A stretch of 64,000 bases of DNA, taken from a virus (lineage: Duplodnaviria; Caudoviricetes). Position numbers and translations under genes: made by a program. The stretch covers positions 1 through 64,000 of the IMG/VR virus record IMGVR_UViG_2608642293_000001, one strand, 5' to 3'. Below, in pieces: positions 59,125 to 64,000 of the stretch (position 1 is the first letter of the stretch; the number at the start of each line of letters is the position of its first letter). Below the pieces are notes generated by a model, which saw only the letters and a program-made list of their open reading frames with translations, was not told the DNA's origin and did not search any database.

Positions 59125-59274
59125 TCCTGTTGCATCTGTATAAAATACTGCTTTTCTATGATCAGCATAATGCCCAGCAAGTCCTGCTTTTTTTATCTCT
59201 TCTATAGTTGCATTTTCCATAAGTTGATATACCATTGTAGCAATTATTTCTACATGGGCCATTTCTTCTGTTCC
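59119..59274 (-). pseudogene. cotJC: cotJC internal fragment (52 codons) between the two prophages
   Basis: GTEEMAHVEIIATMVYQLMENATIEEIKKAGLAGHYADHRKAVFYTDATGNP, containing the EExxH Mn-catalase motif; joins in frame to WTATYIQAKGD at the left edge. Confidence 0.95.
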
Positions 59275-60929
59275 GTTGACTTAAATGCAGAATTTCCGAA
59301 ATCTTTTCTTTCAAGACTAGAACCGATTGGGACTACTGTTAAAGAATTATTATCACTATCCCAAACTACGAATTTAACAACACTAGATATAAGTCTTTTT
59401 TTATCTTCAAAAGTTTGGGTGAAATCATAGAATTTTTTAAAATTATCATATATATCAAGTATTTCAGAAATATCTTTCTTTATATCAAGGATAGTATCAT
59501 TTTCTGTTTTTAATTTAATAATATTATCTTCCAATTCTTTGTTTTCTTTACGCAGTTGTCTTATTTCATTCTCATAAGTATCAATCATTTCTTCTTCGTT
59601 CGATTTGGCGACCCGCCTTGATAAATTACTAATCATTTCTTTATTTTCAGATATTTTTTTAGTTAACTTAATTATTAAATCATTGTTATTAGTTTTTACA
59701 GCAGCTCTTTGCTTAAAATCTAGATAGGTGTTCATAATCTCGTCTTCAGTCATACTCTTAATTCTATTAACAACATAATCTTCAGCATCATATGCATTTA
59801 GTGAAGTGTTATCACATCTATTTCCGGCTTTATTCTTCAAATTGCAGGTGTAGTACCTGTATATACTTTCAGTACCATTAATAAGTTTATTAAATTGCTT
59901 TCTAGGAGCCATACTAGAACCACAATGCCCACAAATGACCAATCCACTTAAAAGTGCATTTATACTAGTATATTGCCTATTAGATGCTTTTAATTTAATT
60001 TCTTCACAAATATCTTGACATTTAATCCAATCCTGGCTGCATATTATTCCAGGATGGTCACCTATAGATATTAACCAATCTTCTGTAGGCGCAAAGCTGC
60101 CATTTTCTTTTCTTCGATTATAGGGCATTATGCCATTGACACCATTGGCATATTCTCTTCTATAAATTTCACAACCTTCATCTTTAAAGAAATCAAGAAT
60201 TAAATTATCAGCTATAACATAAACTGGATTATTTATCATTTGCTTAACGAGCTCTCTTGAAAAAACGCGTCCTTTACGGCTGTAAATACCTTGATTTTCT
60301 AATGTCAAACTAACTTTTTGAAAACTTTTATATTTTTTAAATAACTCAAATACTAATTTCACAGTTTTAATGTCGTTTTCTTCAATTTGGAGTATATGCT
60401 TTTTTCTACTTTTTCCTCTTAAATCATTATTTTCAACTTGAATAGATATATAGCCTAAAGGAGCAGGTCCACCTAGCCATCTACCAGTTTTACTTAATTC
60501 TCTAAGATTGTCTTGTATACGTTCCGCTATGGTTTCTCTTTCAAGTTGTGCAAAGGTAGCAGATATATTCATCATAGCTCTTCCCATTGCAGTAGAAGTA
60601 TCAAATTGCTCTTTAATACTTACGAAGGAGACATCAAATTTATCTAAAACATTAAGAGTATTAGTGAAGTCTGCAACATTTCTGGAAATTCTATCAAGTC
60701 GATAACAGATAAGATGGGTAAAATATTTATTTTTAATATCTCTCATAAGTTTTTGAAATTGAGGCCTGTTTGTATTGCCTCCAGAAAAGCCTTCATCCTC
60801 ATATACTTCATATTCTGCGATATTTAGAACATTTTGGGCATATTTAATACACATATTAATCTGATTTTCTATAGATTCTCCCTCTTCTGTAAATTTACTT
60901 TTACGAGAATAAATTGCAATTTTAGACAT
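59250..60929 (-). CDS. Large serine recombinase (integrase 2); last codons read from cotJC DNA
   Basis: IAIYSRKS, YEDEGFSG, YRLDRISR, CGHCG Zn ribbon; ends TEQKKWPM* inside the cotJC fragment. Confidence 0.97.
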   Translation of the reverse strand: MSKIAIYSRKSKFTEEGESIENQINMCIKYAQNVLNIAEYEVYEDEGFSGGNTNRPQFQKLMRDIKNKYFTHLICYRLDRISRNVADFTNTLNVLDKFDVSFVSIKEQFDTSTAMGRAMMNISATFAQLERETIAERIQDNLRELSKTGRWLGGPAPLGYISIQVENNDLRGKSRKKHILQIEENDIKTVKLVFELFKKYKSFQKVSLTLENQGIYSRKGRVFSRELVKQMINNPVYVIADNLILDFFKDEGCEIYRREYANGVNGIMPYNRRKENGSFAPTEDWLISIGDHPGIICSQDWIKCQDICEEIKLKASNRQYTSINALLSGLVICGHCGSSMAPRKQFNKLINGTESIYRYYTCNLKNKAGNRCDNTSLNAYDAEDYVVNRIKSMTEDEIMNTYLDFKQRAAVKTNNNDLIIKLTKKISENKEMISNLSRRVAKSNEEEMIDTYENEIRQLRKENKELEDNIIKLKTENDTILDIKKDISEILDIYDNFKKFYDFTQTFEDKKRLISSVVKFVVWDSDNNSLTVVPIGSSLERKDFGNSAFKSTEQKKWPM

Positions 60930-60957
60930 CTAATCAACTCCTATTTCAAAAAAAGAA

Positions 60958-61422
60958 TTAAAATATATCATTTCTTAAAACTCCAAATCCTGGTTCAAAA
61001 TAAAGAATTATATTTTCACACTCTTTATACATACCATGTTTGCGTCTATGATACTCAATAGCTTCATCAAAAAACTTATCCGTTAATGTTAAATATTCAG
61101 CAACCTCATATCTGTCATTAGCACCATTTTTAATAGCTCTTACTATTTGTTTTAGACTGCAAACTCTTTCAATACTTTCAGCTCTTGCTGCATTTTCTAA
61201 TTTCTTATTTATTATACTATCTAGGTTTAATATATTTCCTGATGTGGTTTTAAAATGTCCTATTTCCTCTGACAATATCCAGTATTTTTGCTTTTCGCAT
61301 AAATTCTTATTTATAAATAATACTTCATTAAGACAATAACCTGACTCACCCTCTAAATCCATTTCAACTACAACAGCGCCAATATTTTCAGCTTCAACAA
61401 TAAGCTTTTCATATGCAGTCAT
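60958..61422 (-). CDS. ImmA/IrrE-family metallopeptidase (anti-repressor)
   Basis: ILSEEIGHF...E..A motif; between repressor and integrase. Confidence 0.85.
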   Translation of the reverse strand: MTAYEKLIVEAENIGAVVVEMDLEGESGYCLNEVLFINKNLCEKQKYWILSEEIGHFKTTSGNILNLDSIINKKLENAARAESIERVCSLKQIVRAIKNGANDRYEVAEYLTLTDKFFDEAIEYHRRKHGMYKECENIILYFEPGFGVLRNDIF

Positions 61423-61448
61423 TAATCCCCCCACCTATCTATTTAAAG

Positions 61449-61991
61449 CTATTTATTATGCATTTCTTTATATTTTGCTTTAATTTTTTCTATATTTCTA
61501 GCATTTGCATCATCACGGATATTATCATTATGGGCAGCTAAGATTTCTATTTCAGGTTCTCTATTATTTTTATAAGATTTTCTGCATTTACTTGTTATTT
61601 CCGATATTTTAAATTTTATAAATGAATCGGCACTTTTTTGTAAATCAATTATGTCATTCTCAGATATTTCATATTCAGCATCTGTTGTATTTAGAATCAA
61701 ATAACCTTCAGGATCATATATGATTTCATAACCTAGATTTTGCAGGTATTGTTCTATGAAATAGTTTCTTTTTGTTTCAATTTTAATATCACTTTTATTT
61801 TCATCAACAAGTTGAGATAAAGTTAAGCCTAATCCTTTTGAAAGATTAGAAAGAGTTTCAACACTAGGATTGTATCTATTCCTTTCAATATCGGCTAGAT
61901 AAGATCGTGATATTGAAGCTTTTTTTGCTAAGTCAACTTGAGTCAATTTTTGCATCTTTCTTAGTTCTTTTATTTTGGTTCCTACATCCAT
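61449..61991 (-). CDS. XRE repressor of element 2 (no S24 domain)
   Basis: N-terminal HTH; C-terminal ILAAH motif typical of ImmA-paired repressors. Confidence 0.88.
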   Translation of the reverse strand: MDVGTKIKELRKMQKLTQVDLAKKASISRSYLADIERNRYNPSVETLSNLSKGLGLTLSQLVDENKSDIKIETKRNYFIEQYLQNLGYEIIYDPEGYLILNTTDAEYEISENDIIDLQKSADSFIKFKISEITSKCRKSYKNNREPEIEILAAHNDNIRDDANARNIEKIKAKYKEMHNK

Positions 61992-62006
61992 TTCAAATAC
62001 CTCCAT

Positions 62007-62452
62007 GTCGTAATTTCCGACTATTAATATTTACAGTATATAACAATGGTGACGTAAAGGCAATACTAATAAAGTCGTAAATACAAGTAAAAAGGAGCGA
62101 TATTTAGCAAATGAGAGAAAAAACATGTATTTTACTCCATAAAGGTCGTAAATACTGTTATTTAATTCTTTACTTATTGTCGTTAATACAATACAATAAG
62201 GACATGGTAAATAGAGAGGAGGAATTAATGATGAATGAGAGTTCTAAAAAAAAGATAGGCAATATAATAAAAGAAGCTCGGATCAATAAAAATAAAACAC
62301 AACAGAATTTGGCTGATGAATGCTATTTGTCTAGAACTTATATTTCTGACATAGAAAGTGGGAGATATTCTCCGAGTGTAGGAACTTTGATTAATATTTT
62401 TAACAAATTAAATATCAATTTTAATTTAATTAAAAATGTCGTAAATACAGAC
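62007..62452. promoter_or_regulatory. Operator repeats GTCGTAAATAC-like of element 2
   Basis: Copies at 62007 (GTCGTAATTTCCGAC), 62074, 62145, 62179 and 62438. Confidence 0.75.
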
Positions 62453-62467
62453 ATAAATAATGAATGA
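62228..62467 (+). CDS. Cro-like XRE regulator
   Basis: HTH; GAGGAGG RBS. Confidence 0.85.
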   Translation: MMNESSKKKIGNIIKEARINKNKTQQNLADECYLSRTYISDIESGRYSPSVGTLINIFNKLNINFNLIKNVVNTDINNE

Positions 62468-62715
62468 GTTCATTAGCAAAATTTAGAGCTATTGAATATT
62501 ATGAATTGTATAATTTCATAAAAGGTGAAGCTATGAATAAAAGAATTGGTAAGAGGAATAAAGAACCCATTAATGTAATCATGTGCCCAATAGAAGATAG
62601 AGAGGCCTATATTAAAAGCCTAGGAGCGGTAATGCTGGATATATCTGAAAAACAATTAGGAGAAGATGGATTAGCATTAGTCATGGAAGAATTAAAAATA
62701 AAATTAGGTAAATAA
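62464..62715 (+). CDS. Hypothetical protein (likely start MNKRIG)
   Basis: AAGGTG RBS before the internal Met. Confidence 0.55.
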   Translation: MSSLAKFRAIEYYELYNFIKGEAMNKRIGKRNKEPINVIMCPIEDREAYIKSLGAVMLDISEKQLGEDGLALVMEELKIKLGK

Positions 62716-63014
62716 CAAATGAATAGTAGGCTAGATAGCCTTATGTAATATGTCATTACATAAATATTTAATAGTTGAGTCTTAACAAACCACACTAGTT
62801 AAAGGCTAATGGTGAGGGATTGGAACAGAAAAATAAATTTAAGGAGGTTTAAATATGGATAATTATACAGTATACCTATTAGATCAAATTCAATTGTATA
62901 GAAGTGATACAGAAGCAAATCCAGAGGAAAAAGACATTAATGAAGCTGTAGCAGCTGAATTAATGAGAGCTTTGGTACAATATCAAAATCATGTATTAGT
63001 TGGAGGTAAAAAAT

Positions 63015-63800
63015 GTGAATAAATTAATGCCATTAGAATTTGAAAATCAAAGGATTATTATGACTAAGATTTTGGCTGAAGAATTTGGAACCGAAGATAA
63101 AATAATCAGCAACAACTTCAATAGAAATATAGACAGATTTATTGAGGGAAAACATTATTACAAGCTAGAGGGTGCAGTGCTAAAGGATTTTAAAACGAAT
63201 CATCTTAATGATGAACCGTCAATGTTAAGAATAAATTGCCTATATCTTTGGACAGATAGAGGGGCAGCAAGACATGCAAAAATTCTTGACACAGATGAAG
63301 CGTGGGAAGTTTATGAAGCTTTAGAAGAAAATTATTTTAATCCTAAACAGACGTTAAATACTTCCGAATTATCACCAGAACTTCAAATGTTTAATAAAAT
63401 GTTTCAAGCATTAGCCAATAGTGAGTTAGAACAAAAGAAAATGAAAGAAGATATTGAAGAAACAAAGGAAAAGTTAAAAGGAATTAAAGAAGTAGTGGCT
63501 CTTAATTCTACAGATTGGAAAAATGACTCTAAAAACTTAATAGTGAAAATAGCACATAGACTTGGTGGTAATCAATTTATACAGGATGTTTACAAGGAGA
63601 TTTACACTAACTTAGAAAGAAGAGCCGGTTGCCAATTAGAAATAAGACTCACTAACAAGCGTAGAAGAATGGCAGAGGAAGGTATTTGTAAATCAAAGAG
63701 AGACAAGCTAAATAAGTTAGATATTATAGGCGAAGAGAAAAAGATTTTAGAATGTTTCTTGGCTATAGTAAAAGAACTTGCAATTAAATACGGAGTGTAG
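63015..63800 (+). CDS. ORF6N-domain antirepressor-like protein
   Basis: NFNRNIDRFIEGKHYYKL, LYLWTDRGAARHAKILDTDEAW. Confidence 0.88.
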   Translation: MNKLMPLEFENQRIIMTKILAEEFGTEDKIISNNFNRNIDRFIEGKHYYKLEGAVLKDFKTNHLNDEPSMLRINCLYLWTDRGAARHAKILDTDEAWEVYEALEENYFNPKQTLNTSELSPELQMFNKMFQALANSELEQKKMKEDIEETKEKLKGIKEVVALNSTDWKNDSKNLIVKIAHRLGGNQFIQDVYKEIYTNLERRAGCQLEIRLTNKRRRMAEEGICKSKRDKLNKLDIIGEEKKILECFLAIVKELAIKYGV

Positions 63801-63812
63801 GAGGACTAAGCT

Positions 63813-64000
63813 ATGGTTTATAAATTTTTAAAATGGCTTAAAGAAAATGTTACAGAAGAACAGTTCGAGGATATATTAGCAGCAACAGATCAAGATATTA
63901 AATTCAATAGAATTGGATTTGGTAAGACTACAGGACCTAAGAAATTCATTGAGATATGTACAAGCTGTGCAAACCTAATTTTAAAAATAGACAAAGAAAA
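63813..64000 (+). CDS. Hypothetical protein, truncated by the window end
   Basis: AGGAGG RBS; open to the end. Confidence 0.6.
   Translation, partial: MVYKFLKWLKENVTEEQFEDILAATDQDIKFNRIGFGKTTGPKKFIEICTSCANLILKIDKE

Larger units (their letters stand above)
59275..64000. mobile_element. Prophage-like element 2 (left end only), integrated at a second site in cotJC
   Basis: Integrase, ImmA-like, repressor / cro-like, ORF6N antirepressor; cotJC similarity ends abruptly at ~59274. Confidence 0.88.

Noticed and set aside
59158-59430. Plus-strand 90-aa ORF over the inter-prophage gap
   Set aside because: Antisense to the cotJC fragment and the integrase 2 end, which explain the region.
59275-64000. 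Calling element 2 an ICEBs1-like conjugative element because of ImmA/ImmR
   Set aside because: ImmA/ImmR-type pairs also occur in phages, and the ORF6N antirepressor favours a phage; only 4.7 kb is visible, so this is left as prophage-like.
1-64000. tRNA, rRNA, CRISPR arrays, IS elements
   Set aside because: None recognised by eye; a covariance-model scan was not possible.

Overview
This is low-GC Clostridium-type DNA; the choline-binding-repeat surface proteins resemble those of the C. beijerinckii/saccharoperbutylacetonicum group (inference). The window holds one apparently complete ~59.07 kb siphovirus-like prophage (43-59124), bounded by an 8-bp direct repeat CATGGATT, plus the first ~4.7 kb of a second prophage-like element (from ~59275). 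Both elements use large serine integrases and both sit inside the same host gene, the spore-coat Mn-catalase cotJC (minus strand). Its 3' part starts at position 50 and runs off the left edge, a 52-codon middle piece is stranded between the two elements (59119-59274), and the 5' part must lie beyond the right edge. The crossover site lies inside the integrase reading frame. Excision of prophage 1 would restore cotJC and fuse the integrase in frame to a 141-aa twin-HTH ORF from the opposite end. In the integrated state that ORF instead overlaps the stop codon of the truncated cotJC (ATGA). The cargo includes Spo0E-like and AbrB-like regulators, a MuF toxin/immunity-like pair, a T-rich chimeric secreted toxin with an immunity-like gene, LexA-box-preceded secreted Ig-fold proteins, sigma-H-like moron promoters, and a ParM/ParR plus pilin-like/VirB4-like ATPase module. 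All family calls come from motif recognition by eye; no database searches were run.
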